NCBI RefSeq assembly: GCF_006345805.1
Contig: NC_043000.1
Span: 114,080,001-114,144,000 of the forward strand
Length of the DNA stretch: 64,000 nucleotides
Origin: Octopus sinensis
Lineage: Eukaryota
Direction: 5' to 3'
The translations under genes were made by a program, and so were the position numbers. Below, piece by piece: positions 40,935 to 54,652 of this stretch. The stretch's first letter is position 1. Each line of letters begins with the position of its first letter. The notes under the pieces are model-generated. The model was not told the origin of the DNA, ran no database searches, and worked only from the letters and a program-made list of their open reading frames with translations.

Positions 40935-42594
40935 TATAATCACCCGATTTGATTTATATGGATAATACCATACAAAATTATGGTGCCTTTAACTAAAATA
41001 CCATATTCATCTGAATCTAAATTTTGCTGAACTTATATATATATATATATATATACATACATACACATATATATTTCTTTCCAGATGGGATGCCAGTCTG
41101 TTGCAGGATTACTCTTTCTTACCAGCAGAGTGGAAGGGAGCAAACATGAAATGAAGTGTTTTGCTCAAGAACATAACATCATCCGGTCCAGGAATTGAAA
41201 CCACAATCATACAACCATGAGTCCGACACCCTTACCACTCAACCACATGCCTCTACTGCTATTACGGTACCATGATGTAATGTCGCTATGCACTATACAC
41301 AATGGTACCCGAATAATACCCTGCTTGCCATCCAACACCAAAAACTACACGGATAAACAAAGTAGCCTCTACATAGTTACTCAGCCTGCAAGATATAGCA
41401 GCCAACTCACTCTCAAATCACACCTAAATGCCTAAAAAAGGCGAAGAATACATAAGATAATGCAGTCCTAGACAGCACCAAAATTTGGAACGGTCATCAC
41501 TATAAAAAGCCTTTGTTTGTAGGGGCTGACCCAGAGTTAAATAGCAATAATCACAGGGATGATAAAGTGGGTTCCTCCCTTGCCTAACACTGAGAGAGAG
41601 CAAAATACTGTGTTGTGATATAGTTTGTAGGGATAAACTGTCAGTTACGTCCTCTCTAGTGGGTACACGCCAGAAGAAGGGGACAGGGAGCATACCCTAT
41701 GTTACTGAAAGCAACAGGAAAAGATTTTAGGCAACCCCAGCATTTCACTGGTACTTTATTCTATCAACCCAAGGAGGAGGTTCTATAATGCAGAAAATCT
41801 TTGTATGTTTGCATGTGTGTGTGTGTGGTGTGTTAGACACACACACATACACACATACAAATGTTAGTTTTCCAATGAAAGAGGGACCATTCAATAAAAA
41901 GTAAATTCAATTTTTCTAAACTGGATTCTTGTTCTACAAACTTGGGTTTCCCATTATTGGGATTATTAAGTGACCCCTGATTTTTTCATAGAAACCCCGA
42001 GACAGTAGAGGGAAAGGCATTATGAAACTATAACACAGGGGTTACTGCCACACTAGGGAACACCCGATTATGAGGTGGTAATGGAAGGGTTAGACTGTGA
42101 CACGGATATTGAGTCTGCCACTAAAGAACATGAACAGCCCAGTTGAAGAGATTCAGAACAGTATCCCCCCTCCAATCCCATTTCATTCACAAACTTTGGG
42201 CTGAGCTGGAGCTATGATATAGAAGATACTTTCTCAAAATACGAAACCACGAGATTCAAAACTGAAAACCCCATATTTGCAAAAGTAAACTTGTTAACCA
42301 GTCAGCCTGGCCTGCAAAACACACACACACACGTATCTCTAGACATTTGTGAAGAGAAAGGAAGAAATGACGTAAAAATTACTAAAGCATGTTTATCAGA
42401 AGAACAGAAAAGTGTACATACACACAGACGCACACACGTGCACTCACACACATTCACAGGCACAAACACACACAAAGTTGTACGCATCACAGCAAAATGA
42501 AATTTATAAAACTAAATCAAATTAAATTTGGCAACAAATTATTAAAATGCTCCAGCTGAGCCACCCGTAAAAAAAGCAAATGTTTAAATTTAGT

Positions 42595-42643
<49 letters not shown>

Positions 42644-43124
42644 CAAGAGACCGAGAGAGGGTGAGAGAGCAAGAGAGAGAGAGACAGACAGATAGAGAGA
42701 AAGCAAGAGAGATGTGTAGTGCAGTTTATTTGAAGCCTTGACATGGCTTTGTTGCTACTCTGAACAATAAACAAGAAACTTAGAATAGAAACTGGAGAGA
42801 ATCCTCAGCTCTCTCTTCATTTAAACATGTTTGATATGAACAAAAGTATATTTAAGATACATAAATCAATGTCTTTGATATATATACGGCACAAATAAGA
42901 AGGAGAGAATGGAAATGCTTGAATATGTAGTCTAGGGTTCAATCCCTCTTCATTGCCATTTGAAGTTCAGAAATGGAAAGGGAGATTTGTGAATTTTGTT
43001 TAGACAAAAGTCTTCAGGAAGTTCCTGTTAGAAATATCAGCCAAACGTTTGAGAGGAAGTGAACTTGCATCTCAGAGGAAGAAGAAGAATGTGGGGAAGA
43101 CTGAAAGAGCTGTGAGAAGGAAAG

Positions 43125-43745
43125 AGAGGCATCGTGTCCTGGGAGGGAGATAGGAGACATTGTGTCCTGGGGGGAAGATAGGAGACATTGTGTCCTAGAT
43201 GAAAAATAGGAGACACTGTGTCCTGGGAGAAGGAAAGAGACATGTGACCTGGGAGAAGGAAAGAGACATGTGACCTAGGAGAAGGAAAGAAACATTGTAT
43301 CCTGGGAGAAGGAAAGAGACATTGTGACCTGAGAGGGAGATAGGAGACATTGTGTCCTGGGAGGAAGGTAGGAGACATTGTGTCCTGGGAGAAGGAGAGA
43401 GAGACATTATGTCCTGAGAGGAAGACAGGAGACATTGTGTCCTGGGAGAAGGAAAGAGACATGTGACCTGGGAGAAGGAAAGAGACATGTGACCTAGGAG
43501 AAGGAAAGAAACATTGTATCCTGGGAGAAGGAAAGAGACATTGTGACCTGAGAGGGAGATAGGAGACATTGTGTCCTGGGAGGAAGGTAGGAGACATTGT
43601 GTCCTGGGAGAAGGAGAGAGAGACATTATGTCCTGAGAGGAAGACAGGAGACATTGTGTCCTGGGAGAAAGAAAGGGACACTGTGTCCTGAGAGGAAGAG
43701 GGAAACACTGTCATGAGAAGGGGAAGAAAAGGACACTGTGTGTCT
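43125..43745. repeat. Purine-rich minisatellite (~22-26-bp units, gagacattgtgtcctgggagaaggaaa) with a 219-bp higher-order duplication
   Basis: The block starting at 43209 recurs at 43428; the ORF track shows a 73-aa repeat. Confidence 0.92.
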
Positions 43746-44194
43746 TGCGAAAGGCAGACAGGACACCAGATGACTGAATACTTGTAACAGAACAAACTCA
43801 ATTAAGTCTCCAATGATCAGAGTTAATGAGTCAAACAACCAAACCTGTATCATAGAAGAAAACTGTGCAGAATCCTCTCAGAAGGATTGTTATTGTCTTT
43901 GGGAGGAGGTAACCATAAACCACGCCCCATTATAATGTCACCCATATGGCCCCTCAAGACTCAGAATGGGGTAATGGGTTCTGGATTTCTTCCTCTAAGA
44001 GATAAATAAAAAATATCTCAAACACATTCAATGTGATAGAGCTGTTTGGTAGATGCCAGGCTGGACAGATATTTCTTAGAATGACTGTAGTTTTAAAGGT
44101 ACTGCACAAACTGACCACACGCACACTGACAAAAATCAATCCTTACTTCTAGAATCATGGCTCTTAAGAATTGTTCCTCTATTATATACTTTAA

Positions 44195-44640
44195 CCCTTT
44201 CATTACTATATCTATTTTGAGATGTTCTGTGTTTTTTTCAATTACTTCAAATATAACAAAGAATTTAGTAAAATAACTTGGTTATTATTAAGCTAGTGTT
44301 AGAAGCATAAATTGCAACTAAGGTTTGGTGGAAGATTTTAATTCAAAACTTATGAAAATAAGACATTTGTACTACAGAGCCAGAGGTAGTTTCAGCTAGG
44401 TTGGTATCGAAAGGGTTAAGAATTGTTTCTCTATTATATATTTTAACCCTTTCATTACTGTATTTATTTTGAGATGCGCTGTGTTTCTTTCAATTAATTT
44501 TGAATAAAACACAGAATTTAGTAAAATAACTTAGTTATTATTAAGCTAGTGTTAGGAACATAAATTGTGACTAAGGTTTGGTGGAAGATTTTAATTCTAA
44601 ACTTACGAAAACAAGGCATTTGTACTACAGAACCAGAAAA
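44195..44640. mobile_element. Tandem pair of piggyBac-type MITEs (44195-44415 complete; 44447-~44640 truncated)
   Basis: ttaa|ccctttc...gaaaggg|ttaa; same family as 35878. Confidence 0.85.
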
Positions 44641-45264
44641 GCTGTAAATTTACTTTAAACATTGGAAGTGAATGACTTCCCTGTGTCCGATGAGATCTTG
44701 CCAAATTTTCTATATCAAGTCGAGCTATTGTGTAGATTCTACACCCGCTAGAAATGGCCGCACCATTTCCTTCTCATTTTATTTTAATAATCATTACTAG
44801 GTTTATCATGTATAATATAATTACTACAAGAGGTACAATTAAGTATAGTAATTATGTCATCTCAGGGCCCCTTAGAGCCTGATCGTCCCTTCAACAGGTC
44901 CAGCACTCCCTTCAGGGTGGTACTGTCCATGTTGAGAACCTCTGTTCGAGAGCCACAGATTTAGGGCCCCTAGGTAAGGTACATAACTCTGCTGGTTAGA
45001 TTGCCTAACTTATACAAAATAGCATGCTCCAAGGTGAAAAGGTTGAACCATTTGTTTTATAGCTGGATGCCCTTCCAAATGTTCCCCCTTACTTGTTTTC
45101 CAAGTAAGGGATCTCTTAGTTCACATAACTTCAAAGGCACAAAGCAACCAGATGTTTTATTATAAGACAGAGAAGTACCAACAACAGTGTTTGAATGCTG
45201 GGGACTTTTATATAAGTGAGCGCAGATGTAAACACTAACACATACACACACACAGACAAGCAAA

Positions 45265-45267
45265 GAG

Positions 45268-45298
<31 letters not shown>

Positions 45299-45365
45299 AG
45301 AGAGAGAGAGAGATAGGTAGGTAGATAGATAGGTAGGTAGGTAGGTAGATAGATAGGTAGATAGG

Positions 45366-45437
<72 letters not shown>

Positions 45438-45515
45438 GAGACAGACAGACAGATAGATAGATATATACAGATAAATAGATAGACAGATCTAGATATATAG
45501 ACAGACAGACATGTA
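45265..45515. repeat. (AGAT)n/(AGGT)n/(AG)n microsatellite
   Basis: Directly visible; a similar tract lies at 47262-47445. Confidence 0.95.
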
Positions 45516-46111
45516 GATATGTTATTCAACCCAAGTTCAACAAATACATTATCAAAATGTGTTAAAGCCATGATTATTGTGTCCTTTATTTTGATATTTC
45601 AAGACCCCTCTGCCCCGTAATGAAATTCAGCAAGGGATATAAGCCACCAAACTACTATTTCTCCTACACACAGACCTATGATTCTCAGCTTCACCAAGAA
45701 ATCAACCTACAAAAAGTTACATGGTTTTCTTTTTTTAATTCCCCCACCCAGACAAAACCCAAAACTGGTTTCTTGAGCAATGAAAAGAAAATGAAAAATA
45801 GATGAAACAATTCTCCCCCGTTACCTCCACTTCACCCACCAACCCACTCTCTGCTTTTGACTAAACAAAAATAGTTTGAAATGACATGGCAAATAGCAAC
45901 TGCTTTTTACAGACACACTGCCCATTAAACCTTTCGATTTAACCCTCACATTAAATATGACTTTATCCCAGATATACTTCAGTTTTATCCAAACAAAACC
46001 TATTGGATTATCCCAAATATATTTCAGATTTACCCAACCATAACTTGTAAACCCAGATAAATTTCATTATATATATTTCAATTTTGCCCTCACAAAACAT
46101 GTCCAACTACA

Positions 46112-46778
46112 CTGTTCTATATTTTAGAGATGAGGAATTATGTACAGATAGGTGTCCCCCACCTTGTTTGTTTTTACCACAACGTTTCGGCTGATGTACT
46201 CTCCAGCCTTAATCAGGTGTTCTGGTGGAATTTCAAACCCAACCCTTTATTACAAAAATAATAGGTTTATAAGCCCTAAAATTTGCTCCATAACTGCCCA
46301 TGAGCATATAGTGTAGTGGTTAAGAGCACAGGCTACTAATCCCAAGATTCCAGGTACAATCCCAGTCAGTGACTTGAATAAATAATAATCATATTTGTCC
46401 TCATCTTGTTTGTTGTTAACACAATGCTTTGGCTGATATACCCCCCAGCCTTCATCAGGTGACTTGGGGTAATTTTGAAATTTAACCACTACACCATATG
46501 CCCATGGGTATAGGGTGTAGTGGTTAAGAGCACAGGCTACTAACCCCAAGATTCTGAGTTCGATTCCAGGCAGTGACCTGAATAATAATAATAATAATAG
46601 TAATAATAACAACATCGAAAAATACCTTAAGAATGTGAACCCAGGTTCGAAATTTCATCAAGACACTTGATGAAGGTATATCAGTCGAAATGTTCTGTTA
46701 ACAACAAACAAGATGAGGTCAAATATCCGTCAAATGTAAATTATGTACATAATTTCTCATCTCTTAAATATAGAACTG
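46112..46778 (+). mobile_element. Composite element: tRNA-like Pol III head plus hammerhead-bearing PLE-type tail, in rearranged/inverted copies
   Basis: Heads at 46296 and 46500 (gtgtagtggttaagag...gagttcgattcc). Hammerhead-like motifs at 46178-46220(-), 46418-46461(-) and 46663-46700(+). The termini are reverse complements. Confidence 0.65.
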
Positions 46779-47398
46779 TATGCCATTTTGGGCAAGAAGC
46801 CTTGAGCCAACCAAAAGTTTGCGAGTGGATTGTTTCATGCAATAGCCTATGCATGACACAGCTCCTGGTCACAGGTTCAATCCCAGCTGCCTGCTTCCCA
46901 ATCAATATTCAACATAACCAGAATATTTGGTAGATGGAGATGGCAACAGAGTGGACTCCAACAAAGACACTCAAGAGCCAGGAGATAGTGTTAAACTAAA
47001 TGATGAATTGGGATGAAACCCATGACACCAGTATATCACTGGTATACATATTATTTGACACCAAGATGAGATGACTCAATGGAGTCTGATATGTTTCAAA
47101 TCCACACTAACAACTTAGGAAAATGAAACATTTTCAGTTTCATGTTACACTGCTGGCCTGACAATGATGTCTTTTCAAGTAGACAGTGAACCAATTATGT
47201 GTTGACAGGTGGAAGGTGCAGTTTATCTGACTGCATTCATGTGTATGGTGTGTATGTATGTATATATATATATAGATAGATAGATATAGATAGACAGATA
47301 GATATAGATAGACAGATAGATATAGATAGATAGATAGAGACAGATAGTTAGATAGATAGATAGATAGATACAGACAGACAGACAGACAGACAGACAGG

Positions 47399-47446
<48 letters not shown>

Positions 47447-48880
47447 GATAGGTGGTGTAAACAGTGGCAGGTCTTTGTAGAAAGAAAGAGTGAAAGAGAA
47501 ACTAAGGAAGACATGGGTTCAAGCAGTGAAGATTCATCTCAAAATGTTGGAAATTCATAAAAGGGATAGAAAGGACAATAAGGGACTCATGCAATCCATA
47601 CTAGCATGGAAAAGCAGAGAAATGATGATGATAACTGATTGGCTCAAACTGGACACAGGTAAGGGTGTAAAACCAAAGTAGAACAAAACAAAAAACCAAA
47701 CTACCATTTCATTTGAGATGGTGAATTGTCTGAGATTTGGTGGTACTTGGTGCCGAGACAACTACCAAAGAATTCGCATATTGAAACTACTATCAAAAAA
47801 TTATCAAACTTTACAGAGACCCCCCCCCCCAAATTAAAAATAATAATAATAACTTTTGTTATAAGTGGGAGTGGTAGAGGTAGGGAAAACGGTATTATCA
47901 AGCTGGATACCAGGTCCAAGTACTTGCAAGTAGACCCCACTAAAGGTACCCACAGACCAGACAGTGGTGGTTCCAAACTGAGCGACAGTGTTGCCAAGTA
48001 GTGGTGCCAAACCGAGCGATTGAGTGGTGGTGCCAAACAGAGACTTTTACCCAAGTAGGCTAAGCTGATATTTGAACCCAGAACACAAATGGCTAGAATC
48101 AATCCTTGAAAGACATCCAGTTTGATGTTCTTACTCTTCCAACAATCCAGAGATACTTTCTTTTTTCTCTATGAACCCCTCCACCACCAGAAGAATGAAA
48201 GAGAAAGTTGACATCGGCTGGATTTGAACGCAGAGACCAGAGGTTTGGAACCAATACCACAAGGCTTTCTATCTGACAGCTCTCTTCTTGGTGGATTTAT
48301 TCATCAACTTCAGACTCACTGGAATTACAAAATAACATCACTGAATGTATGTGTGTATGGATGTGTGTGTGCGTGTGTGTGTGTCCATGGGAGTTACTGG
48401 ATGATATCTTAAATATAGAAAATATTGCTCCCCTACACCTGATATCCACATGCCCAACATTTGGATATATATATGTATTAAACACACACTCATCTAATGT
48501 ACAAATGAGAAAGAGTACTCAATACACATGATAGAGTTTATATATCGCTTACTTGTTTTACTTAATGGAATGTGACCAAGCTGGAGCACAACATTCAAAG
48601 GTTTCAGCATACGCCAAAGGTAAGGGAAGGTAACCAATATGGAATTGAATGTACATAGACACACACGCAGATACACGACATTTCATCACATGGGTGTTTA
48701 ATCAAAGCAGGGTACTATAGACATCAACAACACTGAACCATACCATTTAATACTAAATTTCAATAAACTTATCCTAACAATCCAACTTCCACTTCACCTA
48801 TTCCATGCCATTTTAACCCAACAATTGTCAAAATACCATTTCCTCTACCCTTAACCCCACATAGTCATATCATATATATT

Positions 48881-49123
48881 TCTTTATTGCTCACAAGGGG
48901 CTATTCATAGAGGGGACAAACAAGGACAGACAAAAGGATTAAGTCGATTACATTGATCCCAGTGCGTAACTGGTACTTTATTTATTGACCCCGAAAGGAT
49001 GAAAGGCAAAGTTGACCTCGGCGGAATTTGAACTCAGAATGTAACGGCAGACGAAATACCGCGAAGCACTTGGCCCGGTGTGCTAACGTCTCTGCCAGCT
49101 CGCCGCCTTTTTTTTTTTTTTGC
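48881..49123 (-). mobile_element. Full-length Meta-type SINE with a 15-bp TSD
   Basis: TSD catatcatatatatt at 48866-48880 and 49124-49138. Confidence 0.9.
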
Positions 49124-49444
49124 CATATCATATATATTATCTCAAAAGCAGGCCCCAGAACCTGTGTGTAAATATTTTGAATTAAGGCACAAGGCCTGAA
49201 ATTTTGATGGGGATGAGGGTTAGCTTATTTCTCAATCTCAGTACGTGACTGGTATTTCATTTTAGTGACACTGGTAGGATGAAAACCAAAGATTTGAAAA
49301 GAGCCAATAAATATACCACCACAAGATGTTTCCTCCTCACCAGCAACATGGCAAATCCATGACACCCACATAGACTTTATCCCACCCCAACTGCCACCTG
49401 TCTTGCCTACCAATAACCTTCTTACTGCTTTCCACATCAATAAG

Positions 49445-49765
49445 TTTTCTCTTGTCACACACCACCGGCTTTTGTTTCACTTTGTCTGTCACTGGGTTTT
49501 ATTGTATCACAATGTCACATCACTGGGCCTTGCCACAGTCCATGTCACACCCCATACTACAAGGTTTTGTCACACTTCGTCATTGGCTTTTCTTGTGTCT
49601 CGTCACTAGGTTTTGTCACACTTCATACTGCTGTGTCACAATGACAAAAGACTACCCTCCACCAGCACCACCACTCTGTGTCACCTGTCATGCTGTTCAA
49701 TCACGTTACTCATTCTGATCCCCAGATCATGTCACACACCGCTTGACAAGATTATGTCATTACCT
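49445..49765. repeat. Degenerate minisatellite built on a tgtcac motif
   Basis: More than ten (tt)tgtcac(ac) variants at irregular spacing. Confidence 0.55.
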
Positions 49766-51244
49766 GTAACTCTTAGAATATATTACTGCCTTCTGCCCAG
49801 ATATTAAACTATAAACCATTCTAATGGATTGTTTCATGCAATAGCCTATGCATGACACAGCTCCTGGTCACAGGTTCAATCCCAGCTGCCTGCTTCCCAA
49901 TTAATATTCAACATAACCAGAATATTCTTCAATCTAGAGCCAATACAGTTTTTAACTACAAGCTGTTATCAACAATATGGGTCACAAAACTGTGAAGAGG
50001 GAGGGGACAGGTGGTGGAAATCAGATTAGCTATCTCCCAATAATAATAATAATATAATAATAATAATAATTATTATTATTATTATTAATAAGGTGAAGAA
50101 CTGGCAGAATCATTGACATGTAGGCAAAATGCTTAGCAGCATTTTGTCCATCCTTACATTCTGCATTCAAATTCTGCTGAGGTCGACTTTGCCTTTCATC
50201 ATTTTAGGGTCGATAAAATAAGTACCAGTTGAATACTGGGGTCGATGTAATCAACTGTTCCCTACCCACAACATTTCAGGCTTTGAGCCTATAATAGAAA
50301 GGATTGTTATTATTATAAAGGCCGTTAATAGTGGCAAGTTGGAAAAGTTTCAAGAAAACTCTTCAATGTTGCCACTACATACTAAAAGACACCCACATCC
50401 AACCAACAAATCTCTCTCTCTCTCTCCTTACCTTCTCTGTTGAATCCAACTTGTGACTCTGCACCAAATGTGCAAAGCCTTGCTTTAAAAGCCACTGTTT
50501 TCCATTCTCTGTTCCTGTTCAACTGTCTGATGCCAGGCAGATCTACATGGAGCAACAGCATCAGAAAGAAGGTTTTACTGGTGCCTATGTCCAAGATTAG
50601 ACAAGGTAGAATTCTTTGCCCATCTATTTCTATTCTTACCTGTTCTTTCACAGCCAGGTAATAAGATTCACGGCTGAAACAGTCCAGCCTTGTCATACAC
50701 AGTGTCACCTTGACAGTTACATTAATGTATCTGTGGAACATTCAGCCACTCATATGCAAATTCAATGAGTCTGTTGCTTCAGTTGACCAAACAACCGAAA
50801 ACCTAGGATTGGAACCAGCAGAGCTCCTATATGTTTCATATTTTTTTCATATTCTTACCTGTTCTCTCTTACAGCCAGGTAAGATATTCAGCGGATAATC
50901 TCTCCCTTTCTCAAACCACTCCTTAATTTCCCTTTTATGTTCTTAACTTGTTTAATGACCACTTAAGAAAGTAATAGGACAAGTTTCAGCCATTAACTGA
51001 CAACTCACTTCAGTATCACTAACTGGGTTTGAACTCACACCTCTTGGACTCCCATCTCCACCACAACAATGGTTATATTTTACCAAAGACAACAACACTG
51101 TCAAAAACTATTGATTCCCGTCTCAAACCTCTCCCTTTTCTTTAGTTTTGTATTCCTTTGCTGAAAATCCAAATATGAAACCCTAGTATATTGCTTATAC
51201 AACTTACATCTACCCTTAACCTTCTAATACAGAAGTAAAGATCA

Positions 51245-51866
51245 ATTTGGGGGCCGGGGTGGGTGGGTTGATTACTTTAACCCCCAGCACTCGAATGGTT
51301 TTTATTTCACTGACCTCTAAAGGATGGAAGGCAAAGTTGACTTTGGCAGAATTTGAACTCAGAACGTAAACATGGACAAAATGCCACTACACCTCTTGTC
51401 CAGTTTGCTGATAATACTGCCAGCTCGCCACCTCATTGATAATCCTTTCTACCATAGGCACAAGGGCTGAAATTTTTGGGGAGGGGACTAGTCAATTACA
51501 TCGACCCTGAAAGGATGAAAAGCAAAGTTGAACTCAGCAGATTTGATCTCAGAATGTTGTGACGAATGAAATACAGCTAAGTATTTTGTCCAGCATGCTT
51601 ACAATCCTCCCAGCTCACCAACTTAGTAATAACAATAACCTTTTCTACTGGAGACACAAGGCCTCAAATTTGTGGGGAGGGGACCAGTCGATTAGATCAA
51701 CCCCAGTTCTTGACTGGTACTTAATTTATCGACTCCGAAAGGATGAAAGGCAAAGTCGAATCTGGTGGAATTTGATCTCAAAATGTAGAGACTGACAAAA
51801 TACCGCTAAGCATTTTGTCCAGTGTGCTAACGATTCTGCCAGCTGGCCACCTTAATAATAATAATG

Positions 51867-51904
<38 letters not shown>

Positions 51905-52110
51905 GATAATAATAATAACAACAACAATGTTTCTAATTTAGGCACAAGGCCAGAGTGTAAGTCAATTCTGACAACCCCATTAGTTTTGGCTGACTAACCC
52001 TGAAAGAATGAAAGTTAACCTCAGCAGGATTTGAACTCAGAATATGAAGAGCTGGAGCAAATACTGCAAAGTGTGTCACCAACGCTCTACCAATTCAGCA
52101 GTCTCACCAC
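51245..52110 (-). mobile_element. Cluster of four co-oriented diverged Meta-type SINEs
   Basis: Repeated gaaaggatgaaaggcaaagt...atttgaactcagaa...ccagctc motifs separated by (AAT)n. Confidence 0.85.
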
Positions 52111-52905
52111 CTTCACCTTAATAATAATAATAATAATAACCATAATAATAATAACAACAATGGTAATAATAATGATGAGTTTTGAGAAGGACAAGCAATG
52201 CTGAAGGGACAAGTCAACATAAAATGATGTAACTGTTTTTTTTTTTTGTTCCACTGCAGTCTGCTGTCCCCAAACCAACAAAGATCACAAATGAAGACTC
52301 AAACCAGAAGAACAGAGAAGAGAGACTTAGTCCAGAAACCTAATTAAATGCATACACACACACAAACACAACATACAGTGTGTGGTGTGTGTGCCTTACA
52401 TAGCCATGTATTCATCCTCCACACCACATTGTATATATAAGGGGTGGTGGTATTATAATGGTGTCAGTGATCAAAAGGATAGAAGAAGCAGGCACTACTC
52501 AAAGCCGGCTATGTTGAAGAGTTACTATAGACATGGTCTAAGGCACTAAATGTAATTAGTACGGATAACAGTAAACAGAAGTATACTGACAACCACTAAT
52601 GAACTCATAGTTAATTAAGAAAAAAAAAAAGAAAAGGAAAAACAATAACTTAAGGCAAAAAAGAATACAAACAAACACATACACATACATACATACATCT
52701 ATGCATACAGACATACACACAATTTAAAAGGGCTAACAGGTTTCCTTGGAAGTCTGTAGAAAATAGTGAAGTTCTGAATCGAGAGGTTTGCGGTTCAAAT
52801 ACAGGATAACTTCAGTAACATGTATTGAATGATGAGGTGAATCAGAAAAATGTTTGGTTGAGCCGGGTGAGGAGAGGCACAGGTTACATTAAACATTATA
52901 TACAC

Positions 52906-52936
<31 letters not shown>

Positions 52937-53692
52937 CACACACAAATAGGCCCATTATATTGTATTAATACATGCATACACAATCAAACACAAGTATGTA
53001 TATTAACATTCAGAGTTTTTGAAAAAGACATGAATGACCAAAGAAGGAAGAATTGTTGTTGCATTGGTCTGGGGAATATTCGACCAGTGAAAATGGTAAG
53101 GAAATAGTTTAGGGAGCTTCAGTGATTGCCTCTTTTTTTTTTTTTTTTCTTAGCCAAAAACAAAAAACAAAAACATTACTAGTATAACAACGATGAAAAT
53201 GTGATCCGGCACAATGCCACAAACTTCAGAGGGCTTAAAGTCAAGGATACTGGTCCCAGTAGATAACTGGTACTTATTTAATGTACCCCAGTATAGTGAA
53301 AGACAAAACATAGTTCTAGATAGGGAGTGAACTCAAAATGTAAAGGATGGGAACTAACAACCACCAGGTATTCAGTCAGACACTCAACATTTTCTTCTCA
53401 CCACAACCTTGCTCAAATTGTTTCCAATAGAAAACAGCTACACAAACCTTGGGAAGAAGTACAACCTAACATACGGACCCCAGTATTAAGCAGGTACTTA
53501 GTCTATTGATCCACAGGCAGACATAAAAGGACTTAATGGCAAATTCTTTGGTTGTTTTGACAGTTGCTCCACAGATTCCCCAAATAATAATAATGGTAAA
53601 TCTGAAATTTTCCACCAACTTTTTTGTTTTCTTCCATTAGAAGAAACAAAGACAGAGAGTTCAAGTAAATTACTCCTCTTAATGTATGTATG

Positions 53693-53738
<46 letters not shown>

Positions 53739-53751
53739 CATACATATATAT

Positions 53752-53788
<37 letters not shown>

Positions 53789-54652
53789 GCATATACACAC
53801 ACTCAAACAGTGAGAGAGGATTGTGTATAAACACAAAGAAATAAGTCCACAGTAATTAAGAGTTCTGTTAATTACAGACCATTAAACTCAGTGTTTCTCT
53901 TAACAGCTGATGAGAAAAAGCATGAACTATACATGAAATTTATGCTTTTATTTATATTTGTGTGTGAGTGTGTGTGTGTGCGATGCACGCACATGTAGGG
54001 GAGTAGAGTATTGAATTAATTTGCAACTCCTCTCTGCTGGAATGATACAAGATTTCCATTCAAACACAACACAGTAAATTCCAGAATTTTCCTAATGTCT
54101 GGGGCTATTTGATAGTTTAACAGACAAAAACTAAGCTCTCTGATTAAATTTATAAGTTTGTGTGAGAAGGTTTATCACCGGAGGAAGGCAAGAGGAGAAA
54201 GACTGGGGGAACCTACTTTGTTAAGGAATAAATAGCTAGAATGTGGTCCTAAAAAAGGGCCAAGAGTAAAATCTAAGAATACAAAGAAAAACGAAAAAGA
54301 AAATGGATTATTTCATTCTGGTTGGAATGTTCCAAGTTTCCAATGTAAAATTTACACACACACACACGCATTGACATATATACACATATACATAATAGAC
54401 ACACAGAGAATTATATACATGCACACGTATTGTCTTTTTACTGTGTATCTCAGATACCAGTGCGGATAAAGAGAGTCAATGACATCGAGCCCAGAAAAAT
54501 GAAAGGCAAATTCAACTTCAGTGAGATTGGAACTCAGAACAAAAAGGGCCATACTTAAATACGGCAAGTTATCTTGCCCTTGCTCAACACAATGAATCTA
54601 CCAATCCACTGCCCTCATATATATATATATATATAATATATATATATATATA

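Noticed and set aside
43037-43853. 254-aa repetitive ORF
   Set aside because: Minisatellite translation open in two frames; intronic.
50628-50897. Short local duplication tattcttacctgttct..acagccaggtaa with splice-like motifs
   Set aside because: About 45 bp and diverged; no coherent exon reading frame.
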